A DNA stretch of 64,000 nucleotides. Origin: a virus. Position numbers and translations under genes: made by a program. The notes beneath the pieces were generated by a model. That model worked only from the letters and a program-made list of their open reading frames with translations. It was not told where the DNA came from and searched no databases. Numbering within the stretch: position 1 is the first letter of the stretch; every line of letters starts with the position of its first letter. This document shows positions 27,741 to 37,419 of the stretch, in pieces. Location of the stretch: IMG/VR virus record IMGVR_UViG_3300033112_000310, positions 44,441 to 108,440 of that record. One strand, given 5' to 3'.

Positions 27741-30700
27741 TCACCCCAGGAACCATTCGGTCGCCTTGTCCACGTCGCCGATGGCGTCCTCGCGCACGCT
27801 GCGCGTCAGCATCTTGGCGTAGCCGGCTTCCCCGTCGGCGCCCGGCTTGCCGTCCGTGCCCTCGATCTTCTGCCACCGCTGCCACCGCCACACGTCCTGG
27901 TTCGGCCGCCTGTTCCCCACCGCAACCCATGCCGCGCCAACCCCGTCCGGCAGGCTGCTTTGCACGTCGTAGGTATTGGCCGGCACCGCGTCCGTACCGT
28001 CCGGGAGACGCGACGGCTCGTCCACGGAACGCCGGAACACCGCGTTGATGTCGCCGGCTTCCTCGCACAGGCGGGCCACACCCACAACCGACGCCGTGTT
28101 GTCCGAACGGACCACGACGATCACGCACGCGACCTTCTCGGTTCGTGGGTCGTAGCCGGTCGGGAACGCCCGCGCCCACTGGCCGAGCCCGCCGAGCGTC
28201 TGCGCGGAATCGTTCCAGGTCGGCGCCGGGAGGTCCAGGTCGGCAACCTTCTTGCCCCGGTCCAGCTTCTGATAGACCGGGATGTCGCCAAAGCCCACTC
28301 CGTCCTTGCCTGCCGGCGTGTAGTGCAATGCGACCGCCCCGGTGGTCGGCGGGGAACCGAAGGACTCCACATGCGCGAGCGACAGGGTGGCCGTGCGGGC
28401 CGCGCCGGTGCCGGCGAACGTCGCAGCCGACCGCAAGGTGTAGTCGGCCCAATTGTCCTTGTCCCGGTAGATCGTGACGAGCGCGCCTGCGCCGACCAGC
28501 GACAACTGCGCCTCTTCGGTAGCGGACACCCCGACCTTGAGCGATCGGTTGCCGGACCAGTTGGACGTGGAACCGCCCAGGAACCATTCGGACGCGCTGT
28601 CCACGGCGGCGGCGGTCGCCGCACGCGTCGGGCGCGACAGCGAACGGGCATACCCTGCCAGTCCGCGAATGCCGGGGATGCCGTCGATGCCATCGAGAGA
28701 CGGGGCAATGCCGAAGGTCACGGGATTCGTGGTCGCGGTTTCGACGACGTGCTCCAGATGGACGACCGCGAGCGTCACCTTCCGCGTCGAGTCGTCCACC
28801 GCGGCGGGCGTTCGCGCGGTGACTTCGTAGTCGGCCCATGCGGTTATCGGATTCCCGTCGCGCACCGTCACCACGTCGCCAGCGCCCAACGCCCCGTAGG
28901 CGCGGCGGCGACGCACCGTGGCCGCCGCGTCTCCCGAGCTGATGCCAAGCTCGATGGTGTCGATGTCTGCGGCGTTCGCATCGGTCAGCGACGCGATGTT
29001 CGTCGTGCCGTCGCGCAGCCGGATTTCGGAATTGGCATCCGGGTCCGCCGTGCCCGCGTTCACGGTGAAGGTCTGCGCGATGCCGGCCCGCCCGGGTTTG
29101 CCGTCGATGCCGGCGGTCCCGCTCGGCGTGAAGTGCAGGGACACCGCCCCCGACGCCGGCGGCTTGCCGAAGCCTTCGACGAAGGCCAAGGACACGGTGG
29201 CGGTGCGGGTGCTGCCGCTCCCCGCGTACACGACGGCGGATCGCAAGGTGTAGTCGGCCCAATTGTCGCGGTCGTGGTAGACCGTCAAAAGGGCGCCGAC
29301 ACCGACGCGTCTCAGCTTGTCTTCCTCCGCTTCCGTCACCCGGATGGAGAACGTCCGGTTGCCCGTCCAGTCGGTGGCCGCACCGTCCAGATGCCACCGG
29401 GTGGCGTTGAGGTTCGCCGTGGACGACGCTCTGGACGCCCGCGAAATAGACTCCGCATAGCCGGACAGCCCTCGGGTTCCCGGTATGCCGTTGATTCCGT
29501 CGAGCGCCGGCGCGATGCCGAATATGGCACTCGCCTCGATGGCCGACTCCAACGCGTGTTCCAGATGTTCCACCGTCAGGACGACCTTTCCCTTCTTGGT
29601 GTCGTCCGCGATGAGGTCCGCCGGCGATGTCGAAGCGGCGGTCACCTGGTAGTCGGCGAACTTGGTGTTCCCGCCCTCGTCGAGGGCTTCGCGCACCGTC
29701 ACCACGTCGCCGGCGTTCAGCGCCCCGTATGCCCTGCGACGCCGCACCGTGGCCGCGTCCGTACCCGAGCCGATCCCGAGTTCGATGGTGTCCACGTCCG
29801 CCGCGTTGTCCGCCGTCAGCGACGTGACGTCGGTGCTGCCCTCGCGCAGCCGCATTTCCGAGTTGGCGTCCGGGTCGGCGGCACCGATGTTCACCGCGAA
29901 CCGCTGCGCGATGCCGGCCGCTCCGGGTTTGCCGTCGATGCCAAGCCCTTCGGCGACGGACACGGTGTTTGATTCGACCTGCTCCGATGTTCGGCGCCCC
30001 GCCCGGGTCTGTATGCGATAGGCGACTTCGTATGCGCCCCCGCCTAGCGTCTCGCCGTAGCCTATTTGACCGACCACGGCGGCTTTGACTTCGGCATCGT
30101 CCGCGATGGTTGCGGGCTGCGTGCCTTCCTGACCCCGGCTGACGGTTAGCGTGTTGCCCGTCTTCGCCGTCACCAGCAGGACTTCGGTGCCGATGTAGAC
30201 AAACGCGTTCAGCTCGATGGAAGTGGCGTCGTCAACGACGATGCGCGTCGCACCGGTGCCGTATCCACCCGCTTGGTTGACGCGGGTAAGCCGCGAACCA
30301 GCGGCGCTGTGAATCGTGAGGTCAGGGACGCCGAGCGTGGCGTGCGGTTGCCAGGTGGCCTTGTTGTCGAGGCTGCGTTCGATGTCGAAGCCGGTCAAAT
30401 CGAGAGCGGCGGACGCGTCGATTTGCCATCGGAGGTCCGTTTCCCGCGTCGTTTGATCGACGGTTAACTGCACGTTGGTGGGTGCGGGGACGGCTGCACC
30501 GGCGGGCGCGTCCGCGACCACCGGCGTGTTGGCGGACGGGCGCCATGCGAAGTCGGTGCGCACGAAGCGCCGACAGACGACATCGAAGTACCCGTCAGAC
30601 CGCGGACGCCACGCGATGACCATCGCGTACACGTTGATTCCCTGCTTGTCGGAGTCGATTTCCACGATGTCGCCAAGTTCCAGCAGCAAGGCGATGGTGC

Positions 30701-32198
30701 GCATCGGAAGCGTGTAGACCTCGCGCCGACGCAGCAGGGTCGACGTCGCTCCCGCCGTGTACGCGTGGAACTCGTTGTTGACGAACTGGAAGTCGAACGT
30801 GTCCTGCAGGGTTTCGCCGTCCGCCGTCTCGAACTGCATCTGCGCCGGGGATCCTTCTGGCGGCCACTCCCGGTCGTCGCCCGCGTAGTCGAGCGCCGCT
30901 GACGGAAACCGCATCGCGATGCTGTTGGACAAGTCGTCCGGCTGGCCAACCTGAATCTCGTCCACGAGGTCGGTGTCGCGGATGGTCTTGACCACCTGGT
31001 TGGCTTCCGGCGTGTTCGCGTCCGGCAGCTTGATTCCCAACTTGCCGTTGAACCGCTGGAAGACGAACGAACCGGGCGCGATCTGCCGTAGCTGGTTCTG
31101 CAAGTCGCCGAAGGAAAGCGCCGTGTCGATGATCCCGTTCGGCTCGTAGCGGCGCAGCTTCCGGGTCGCCGCATTGTCCCGGTGGGCGGCGTTCGTCGGG
31201 AACCGCGGACGGGTCGGGAACAACCCGTAGGTGAGTTGCCCAATGCCATCGAGCGTCCTGACATCCTCGGGAATCGACGTGTTGTCGGCGGCGTCGAAAC
31301 CAGGCACGAACGGCTCGGCTATCAGCCGGGCCGCGTTGAACAAGTCGAAGTCGATTTCCGACGCGGCGAGTTGGACGCCGAACCGCGGATGCGAGGCGAC
31401 GCCGGCGATGACCGTCGCCAAGTCGTTCTGCGTCGTGTCGGCACCGAACCCCGCCGCCGTGATCGACTTCCACTGGCCAGCGCCCGTCAGGAACAGGAGT
31501 ACGCCCGGCAACCGGTCGGTCGCCAACTGGACGTTCTGCGGTTCCTGCTTGCCTAGCAGATGGACGAACGACAGGCCGGTGAACTTCGCGTCGGCCCGGC
31601 CCGGGTCGAAGGTCGCGGCGCACGCCGACGGGCTGCCCGACACGCCGACTTCCACGATCACATGGCCGAGCACGTCGTTGGCGCGCTGGTCGAAGTTGTA
31701 GGTCGGGCCGACCCGGATGTCCCGGTCTTCGACCCATACTTCGCTGACCGTCCCCATGTGCCCGCCGCCGGCGCACATGGGCACCAGAAGGTACTGGTTG
31801 TTGCGGCCACGGCCCGCTTCGATGATCGCGCCGAAGGATTCGACATTGTTGCCGCGCACGTTCTTCGGAGTCCGCGACGTCGGCTGGCCGTTCGGGAACA
31901 CCGCGCCGCGCATCCGGCTGATGGCCGTGCTGACATCCGCGCCCTGATGCCAGTCGACCGGGATCGCGTGGAAGGCGGTATCCCCGACCGGCATCTGCAC
32001 GTCGGTTGCGGACGGCGTGTCCCGGATGGCGAACCGAGCGCGCTCGATTGCTCTCGATTCGAGTTCCCGTTGCTGGCGCTTGGCACTCAGCGTCGTATAG
32101 GTCGCGCTTGCCGCCGCAATCGACAGCGCGACCCAATTCGCCTCAACGAACTTGAAGGCGGCGATGGTCGCCTTGATCGCCCACAGGGGAAGGGCCAT
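27741..32198 (-). CDS. tail tip / host-specificity (central fibre) protein
   Basis: Position after tape measure and two small tail genes; tip-like N-terminal part (LLELGDIVEI), FN3-like region, then repeats with collagen-like linkers. Confidence 0.8.
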   Translation of the reverse strand: MALPLWAIKATIAAFKFVEANWVALSIAAASATYTTLSAKRQQRELESRAIERARFAIRDTPSATDVQMPVGDTAFHAIPVDWHQGADVSTAISRMRGAVFPNGQPTSRTPKNVRGNNVESFGAIIEAGRGRNNQYLLVPMCAGGGHMGTVSEVWVEDRDIRVGPTYNFDQRANDVLGHVIVEVGVSGSPSACAATFDPGRADAKFTGLSFVHLLGKQEPQNVQLATDRLPGVLLFLTGAGQWKSITAAGFGADTTQNDLATVIAGVASHPRFGVQLAASEIDFDLFNAARLIAEPFVPGFDAADNTSIPEDVRTLDGIGQLTYGLFPTRPRFPTNAAHRDNAATRKLRRYEPNGIIDTALSFGDLQNQLRQIAPGSFVFQRFNGKLGIKLPDANTPEANQVVKTIRDTDLVDEIQVGQPDDLSNSIAMRFPSAALDYAGDDREWPPEGSPAQMQFETADGETLQDTFDFQFVNNEFHAYTAGATSTLLRRREVYTLPMRTIALLLELGDIVEIDSDKQGINVYAMVIAWRPRSDGYFDVVCRRFVRTDFAWRPSANTPVVADAPAGAAVPAPTNVQLTVDQTTRETDLRWQIDASAALDLTGFDIERSLDNKATWQPHATLGVPDLTIHSAAGSRLTRVNQAGGYGTGATRIVVDDATSIELNAFVYIGTEVLLVTAKTGNTLTVSRGQEGTQPATIADDAEVKAAVVGQIGYGETLGGGAYEVAYRIQTRAGRRTSEQVESNTVSVAEGLGIDGKPGAAGIAQRFAVNIGAADPDANSEMRLREGSTDVTSLTADNAADVDTIELGIGSGTDAATVRRRRAYGALNAGDVVTVREALDEGGNTKFADYQVTAASTSPADLIADDTKKGKVVLTVEHLEHALESAIEASAIFGIAPALDGINGIPGTRGLSGYAESISRASRASSTANLNATRWHLDGAATDWTGNRTFSIRVTEAEEDKLRRVGVGALLTVYHDRDNWADYTLRSAVVYAGSGSTRTATVSLAFVEGFGKPPASGAVSLHFTPSGTAGIDGKPGRAGIAQTFTVNAGTADPDANSEIRLRDGTTNIASLTDANAADIDTIELGISSGDAAATVRRRRAYGALGAGDVVTVRDGNPITAWADYEVTARTPAAVDDSTRKVTLAVVHLEHVVETATTNPVTFGIAPSLDGIDGIPGIRGLAGYARSLSRPTRAATAAAVDSASEWFLGGSTSNWSGNRSLKVGVSATEEAQLSLVGAGALVTIYRDKDNWADYTLRSAATFAGTGAARTATLSLAHVESFGSPPTTGAVALHYTPAGKDGVGFGDIPVYQKLDRGKKVADLDLPAPTWNDSAQTLGGLGQWARAFPTGYDPRTEKVACVIVVVRSDNTASVVGVARLCEEAGDINAVFRRSVDEPSRLPDGTDAVPANTYDVQSSLPDGVGAAWVAVGNRRPNQDVWRWQRWQKIEGTDGKPGADGEAGYAKMLTRSVREDAIGDVDKATEWFLG

Positions 32199-32201
32199 GA
32201 C

Positions 32202-32741
32202 CTAGACGTTCACCGCGCGCTGCGGGCGCTTCTTGGACACGTTGTCGATCGAACTGTCCGCCTTGTCGACAACGGTGCGCTGGTGGTTGCGCGACAGCCG
32301 CCACCGCTGCTCGCGGTTCGCCGCGAACCGGTCGCGCCATTCCACCGTGATGAACCGTTCGTCGTACTGCGCCGGCTCGGCCCGCAGGGTCAGGAACTGG
32401 AAGGGCGCGAGAAACACGCCGTTCTCCTCGTCGTACAGGGAGAACAGCAGCTTGCATACCGCGTTCGCCGTCTTGATGTTCCCGGCGTTGTCCACGAACC
32501 AGCCCTTGCGGGATATGTCGGAAACCATCTGGTAGCGCGCCGTGCCGATGCCGCTGAATTCGGTGGTCTGCCGCCAACTGATGTTCTGCGTCGCCACGTA
32601 CACGTCCGACCCGACCGTGATGGCGTAGTCGCCAATGGCGATCTTGCGGTTGCCGCTGAACGTCGTGATGTCCAGGAGGGACACGCCCCTCGCGTCGTCG
32701 CTGTTGAGCACGCGCTGATGCGCGGCAGACACCTGAAGCAT
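32202..32741 (-). CDS. minor tail protein (tip hub, gpL-like position)
   Basis: Synteny and size; QR..VDKADSS C-terminus. Confidence 0.6.
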   Translation of the reverse strand: MLQVSAAHQRVLNSDDARGVSLLDITTFSGNRKIAIGDYAITVGSDVYVATQNISWRQTTEFSGIGTARYQMVSDISRKGWFVDNAGNIKTANAVCKLLFSLYDEENGVFLAPFQFLTLRAEPAQYDERFITVEWRDRFAANREQRWRLSRNHQRTVVDKADSSIDNVSKKRPQRAVNV

Positions 32742-32743
32742 GG

Positions 32744-33316
32744 CTAACCCGTCCTTGCTTCGATCAGGGACACGCGCGGGACCGCGATGCCGTGGTCGTT
32801 GGTTCCGAAGGTCAAGCCGCTGCCCGCCCGGTGCTTCACCCGGACGGTCGGCGTGAAGTCCACGGCCGCCCCGTTGGTCACGGCGTTGACGAGCGCCGGT
32901 TCGATGTACCGGGTACGCCCGGTTCCCGCTTCGGCGATCTGGTACAAGGGCCGCGCGCCTGACACCTGGAAGAACGCGCCGACCGGTACGGCCACGCTGA
33001 ACACCACTTCCTTCGCGCCAATCGCCTTTCCCCCGTTGAAGGTCGCAGCCGCCGGGGGTTCGATGCCAAGTCCCTGGAACCAGTCGAAGTCGAAGGCCCG
33101 TCCCGTGCCGTAGCGGTTCTTGTGGCCCATCAGGACCATTTGGGCGCCGCTCGCTTCGACTTCCGTTTCGGCCTCAAGGTCGAACGCGAGCGTGTACCGC
33201 TTGTTCATCCCGCCGGTGGACACCTGCTCGACACCGCCCGCCCGCGCGTCTTCGGAGTCGTCCTCCCATCCGGGCGTCGCCGGGTGCATGATCGTGTAGC
33301 CGAGAAACGTGGCCAT
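32744..33316 (-). CDS. distal tail protein (putative)
   Basis: Directly after tape measure; GRAFDF and IEPAL motifs. Confidence 0.6.
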   Translation of the reverse strand: MATFLGYTIMHPATPGWEDDSEDARAGGVEQVSTGGMNKRYTLAFDLEAETEVEASGAQMVLMGHKNRYGTGRAFDFDWFQGLGIEPPAAATFNGGKAIGAKEVVFSVAVPVGAFFQVSGARPLYQIAEAGTGRTRYIEPALVNAVTNGAAVDFTPTVRVKHRAGSGLTFGTNDHGIAVPRVSLIEARTG

Positions 33317-36300
33317 CAGCGCAGAATCCCCCGCGCCCGTAGCTGACGCTCGACCACATGGCTGTACTCCTCGGCCTTCTGGTAGAACACGTCGTCAACC
33401 TGGTCGTCCAGGCGACCGACCAGTTGCGGCGCGAACACGAACTGGTTGCCGCCGCGTATCTGGTCGAGCGGTATCACCGTGCCTTCGACCTGCGGCAACA
33501 GCACTTCCGGCCCGGCTTCGCCCACGGTGTAGAACTGGCCCGGTCGTACAGGGCCGCCGTACTGGCGCCCGCCACCGAACCCAAAGCCGCTGGCGATGGA
33601 ACCGAGGATGGCACCGAAGTCGATGTTGGAGAAAACCTCGTCCAGCGACCGGCTCAATAGCGAAGCCGCGATGGCATCCAGTACGCGCCGTCCGAAGTCG
33701 TCAAAGTCGGCTTCGCGTATCGATTCCTCCAAGCTGCCTCGAATGGCGTCGCTCACGTCGTCCCCGTAGAGGGCGAAGTCGCCTAGTTCGATCCGCCGCT
33801 GCTCGCGTTCCAACTCTGACTGCGCGGCCGCCAGCAGCCGGGCTCCTTCTTCCGTTTTGATGAAGGAGTCGTCGAGATTGAGTATCGCCTCCGACAACTC
33901 GTTCGCGCGGCGTCGGGAGTCGGATCGCACGGCAAATCCGGGGTCGGTTTGCCCAAGGATGGATTCGAGGATGTCGGCATTCGTTCGGGCGGCTCGTCGT
34001 CGTGCATCGCCGATCCGCTTCTCCAATTCGACGACGATTGCCGACTCGCGGCCTAATTCCCGGCGGATGGGGATCAATGCGCGGTCGTACTCGGCGACCT
34101 GTTCCAACGCACGGATTTGCGGGTCGAACTGGCCCAACAGCGATTGCGCCAAAGCGCCCGGCAGTCGCTCGAAATCGGCCTCCATCTCCGCCAACGCTTC
34201 CCGAGCTGCTTTCACCGCAGCCGCCGATGCGTTGCCGCTATTGGCGAGCGCATCGAATTCCGCTTGAAGCGTCTCGATTTGGAGGCCCGCACGTAGGATG
34301 GGGTCGTCCTGAGCCGCAAGCCTGCGCAACTCCCGATCCGTCGCATCGCCGCCGGCTTCCCGTGCCAGCGTCAATCGCCGCTGAGCACGTATCAACAGTT
34401 CCGTTCCGGCCACCGTTGCGAGGAGGCTAGGGGCCAACAGGTCCAACGCGCGTTGCTGTTCCTCCACTTGCAGCAACGCCTGGCTGGTCGGATCGCCGAT
34501 GATTTGGCGGGCCTGATCGGTAGGCAGACGGGCAGCGGACTCGCGCAGACGTTCCAGTGCGTCCCTTGCCGCTTGGATGGCCGGTGCCGATGCGTTGCCG
34601 GACGTTTTCAACAAGTCGAACTCGTGTTGCATGTCGGCCACTGCCAAGGACGCCGCCACGATGGGATCGTCGCGCCCGGCCAAGGACAGTAGTGCGCGGT
34701 CGGTCGCAGCCAGCGCCGCGGAACGGCGGATGTCCAAGGCGTCTTCGGCACGCTCCAACAGCATCGCTCCTGCTGCCGTCCTCTCGAGGCTTCTGGTCAG
34801 CCGGTCGAGTTGCCGGGCTTCGTTCTCGACCGCTAACAATGCCGTTCCGGTCGGGTCGCCGACGACGCGACGGGCCTCATCAATCGGAAGACGTGCAGCG
34901 GAGTCGCGCATCCGATCGATTGCTTCTGTCGCGGCACCGACGTCCGTCCCGGCATCCCCGGCCGTCTCGGCGAGCTTGCCCAACTGTTGGGTCAACCGAT
35001 CCGCTTGGAACAGGGCTTCCGCCTCCGGGTCGCCACGCACGGCGATGGCCCGTATCTGCTCGGCAGCTTGCTGCCGCTCGGCCTCCTGTGCTTGCGCCGA
35101 GTTGATGGTGCGGATGATTTTCCGCAGTTGGCTCAGTTCCTTGGTTGTGAGTTCGGAGACGGCAGCTTCGTAGTCGAGAGTCCCGGCGGCTGCTTGAGTG
35201 ACGGCCTGCGACAGTTTGCCGGACGCATCGCCGAGTATCTGGTCGGCGACCGCGAACGCGGATGCCAATTCAATGCTGCCAGCCGAAATCCCACCGGTCG
35301 CGTCCTCGAATGCCGCTCTCGCGGCTGCAATCTCGGCCTGCCGGGCGGCATCAACCGGCGGAACGGCGGCAGCGGCAGTCGCCGCTGCGCTCGCACGGTC
35401 GAATGCGGTCGAGACTTCATCGAGTCGCCGTGTGAGTTCCCGAAGGCGAGGTCCGAAAACATCCTCTGCGGCGGTCCTTGATCGCTGATCGGGAGCTCGC
35501 GCGATGTCATTGTTGATGTCTCGTATCTCCCGACGAAGGCGTAGCTCCTCCAGAGAGAGGTCGGTCAGATGCTGGTACGAGTCGATCAGATCGTCGGTTT
35601 CCCTGCGGATGTCAGTCGAATCCCGGGGCGGGGTGATGCCAAACGAGCCTGTGACGAATGCAAGTTGGAGCCGGTCGTAGTCGAACGCCGCCCCGGCAAC
35701 CCTTTCCTGCCGCCCGATCTGTTCGGCGATTTCGCCGACCAACGCACGAAAGCCACGCACCCCCCGTGCGCGGGCGGCCAACTCATCACCGACACCGATG
35801 AGTACCTGGCGGAGGTTGACGGCATCCGCCGCCATGTTGCTGATTTCCGCCGTCAAGGCCGTGGCACCGTTAGCCGCCACTTGAAACGCTTGGCCGAAGG
35901 TGCGGGTCAGGTTCTGGAAGTCACCGTCGATGTCTTCGGCCTGTGTCTCAATCGCCGCAAGGACGCGCTGTGTCGTCAGCAGGCCGGCTTCCGCCTGCTC
36001 GCGCAGTTCGCCCACGCCGCTCAACCCGAGTCCTTCGGCCAGCGCCCGCGACAGGCGGGCGTTGCCTTCCAGCACGCCGCGCAGTTCGTCGCCAGCCAGC
36101 CGGTTGGACGCCAAGCCCTGGGTGAACTGGATTGTCGAGTTGACCGACTCCCGGATGGTCGCGCCGGACAACGCGTAGGTCTGCTGGATGGCGCGCGCGA
36201 TCCGCAGTTGCCGTTCCTGACTGATGTTGAACTGCTGCGTGGTCAGCGCGATGCGCGAGACGAGAACGCCGGTCGCCTGGATGGACGTGAGCGTGTCGTT

Positions 36301-36615
36301 GGACAGGCCCACCACGTCTTCCAGCGTGGCCGACGCCCGGGCGGAGCGCAGCCGGTTCTGGATGTTGGTGATTTCGTCCGCCGCGTTGACGAGCGCCCGG
36401 GCCGTCCGCCGCGCAGCCTCGAACCCGACCAACGCGACGGCACCGCTGCGGAACGTCGAGAAAACGGAGTCGGAGAACTGGCGACCCGCACGACTGCCAA
36501 CCTGGAAGTCCCGGCGGGCCGAGCGGACGAACCGGTTGATGGCCTGTTCGGCTTCGCGCGACCCCCGGCGGATCCCTCTGGTGTCGGCGGTGAATCGGGT
36601 TATGTAGTCAGGCAT
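33316..36615 (-). CDS. tail tape measure protein
   Basis: IQFTQGLASNRLAGDELRGVLE tape-measure domain; Ala-rich helical repeats; C-terminal GGPVRPGQFYTVGEAGPEVLLP. Confidence 0.95.
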   Translation of the reverse strand: MPDYITRFTADTRGIRRGSREAEQAINRFVRSARRDFQVGSRAGRQFSDSVFSTFRSGAVALVGFEAARRTARALVNAADEITNIQNRLRSARASATLEDVVGLSNDTLTSIQATGVLVSRIALTTQQFNISQERQLRIARAIQQTYALSGATIRESVNSTIQFTQGLASNRLAGDELRGVLEGNARLSRALAEGLGLSGVGELREQAEAGLLTTQRVLAAIETQAEDIDGDFQNLTRTFGQAFQVAANGATALTAEISNMAADAVNLRQVLIGVGDELAARARGVRGFRALVGEIAEQIGRQERVAGAAFDYDRLQLAFVTGSFGITPPRDSTDIRRETDDLIDSYQHLTDLSLEELRLRREIRDINNDIARAPDQRSRTAAEDVFGPRLRELTRRLDEVSTAFDRASAAATAAAAVPPVDAARQAEIAAARAAFEDATGGISAGSIELASAFAVADQILGDASGKLSQAVTQAAAGTLDYEAAVSELTTKELSQLRKIIRTINSAQAQEAERQQAAEQIRAIAVRGDPEAEALFQADRLTQQLGKLAETAGDAGTDVGAATEAIDRMRDSAARLPIDEARRVVGDPTGTALLAVENEARQLDRLTRSLERTAAGAMLLERAEDALDIRRSAALAATDRALLSLAGRDDPIVAASLAVADMQHEFDLLKTSGNASAPAIQAARDALERLRESAARLPTDQARQIIGDPTSQALLQVEEQQRALDLLAPSLLATVAGTELLIRAQRRLTLAREAGGDATDRELRRLAAQDDPILRAGLQIETLQAEFDALANSGNASAAAVKAAREALAEMEADFERLPGALAQSLLGQFDPQIRALEQVAEYDRALIPIRRELGRESAIVVELEKRIGDARRRAARTNADILESILGQTDPGFAVRSDSRRRANELSEAILNLDDSFIKTEEGARLLAAAQSELEREQRRIELGDFALYGDDVSDAIRGSLEESIREADFDDFGRRVLDAIAASLLSRSLDEVFSNIDFGAILGSIASGFGFGGGRQYGGPVRPGQFYTVGEAGPEVLLPQVEGTVIPLDQIRGGNQFVFAPQLVGRLDDQVDDVFYQKAEEYSHVVERQLRARGILR

Positions 36616-37419
36616 CGCTTGTCAGCCCGTCAGCCCACGCGTTCCAACGCGCCGCCTGGTTGCCGCCCATCACCGCGCGCCGACGCGCGCGTGCTTCCTT
36701 GTCGTTCGCACGCAAGCCGAGTTCCTGCAACTCCCGTTGGAACACCTTGTTGAACGGCAACGTCTTGTCCTTCGCCGAGAAGCGCGGTCGCATCCGGTAG
36801 AGGGCGTACCAGCCGTGAAGGTCGGCCACCGGGCCGTAGCGGCCAAGGGCGCAGTCCACGACGATTTCCGCGAACTCCGTCCCCGGGATGCTGTCTACGT
36901 CTGCGCCGTTGCTCCGGAGCCATCTGCGGACGATGGCCGGGAAGTCCGGTTTTGTTCCATCCGCTTTCCCATGCCGGCGCGCGTCTCCCGCACCGCCGTC
37001 ATGATCGCGTCGCGTTCGTCGTGGCCGATTTCAAGCCACTTCTCGACCGTCTGGAAGTTGTCGAAGGCCTCGCCGTTCCCGTCGCTGGCGAACGCCGTCA
37101 GGATGGCGACATCCACGGCGTCGCTCGCGGCGACCAGAGCGTTCGTATCCGGCGCTTCGACCGGCTCGGTGCGCTTCTCGTCCTTGGCGGCTTCGACGGC
37201 GACGTTCATCGCTTCGTCGTACTTCTTCAATTCGGCCTGCTGCGCCTGACGCAACGGCGTCAGCGTTTCGTCGTTGAACGCGTCCAAAAGCTTGTCGTTG
37301 AGGTCGCGCACGTACAGCGGCGGGTCGAGGAAGGTCTTGGTGCCGGCTTCGCGGTCGGCGGGGCTGGCGTAGTAGTACGCCCGGATCAGCCCGTTGTTCG
37401 CGGTGCGGTAGTCGCTCAT
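36608..37419 (-). CDS. tail assembly chaperone, frameshifted long form (gpGT-like)
   Basis: In-frame slippery G GGA AAG at 36964-36970; the -1 frame stays open to 36608. Confidence 0.8.
36895..37419 (-). CDS. tail assembly chaperone, short form (gpG-like)
   Basis: Lies between tail tube and tape measure genes. Confidence 0.8.
   Translation of the reverse strand: MSDYRTANNGLIRAYYYASPADREAGTKTFLDPPLYVRDLNDKLLDAFNDETLTPLRQAQQAELKKYDEAMNVAVEAAKDEKRTEPVEAPDTNALVAASDAVDVAILTAFASDGNGEAFDNFQTVEKWLEIGHDERDAIMTAVRETRAGMGKRMEQNRTSRPSSADGSGATAQT

Noticed and set aside
20663..32198. Possible diversity-generating retroelement acting on tail genes
   Set aside because: No reverse transcriptase in the window; the repeats are identical patches, not adenine-specific TR/VR pairs.
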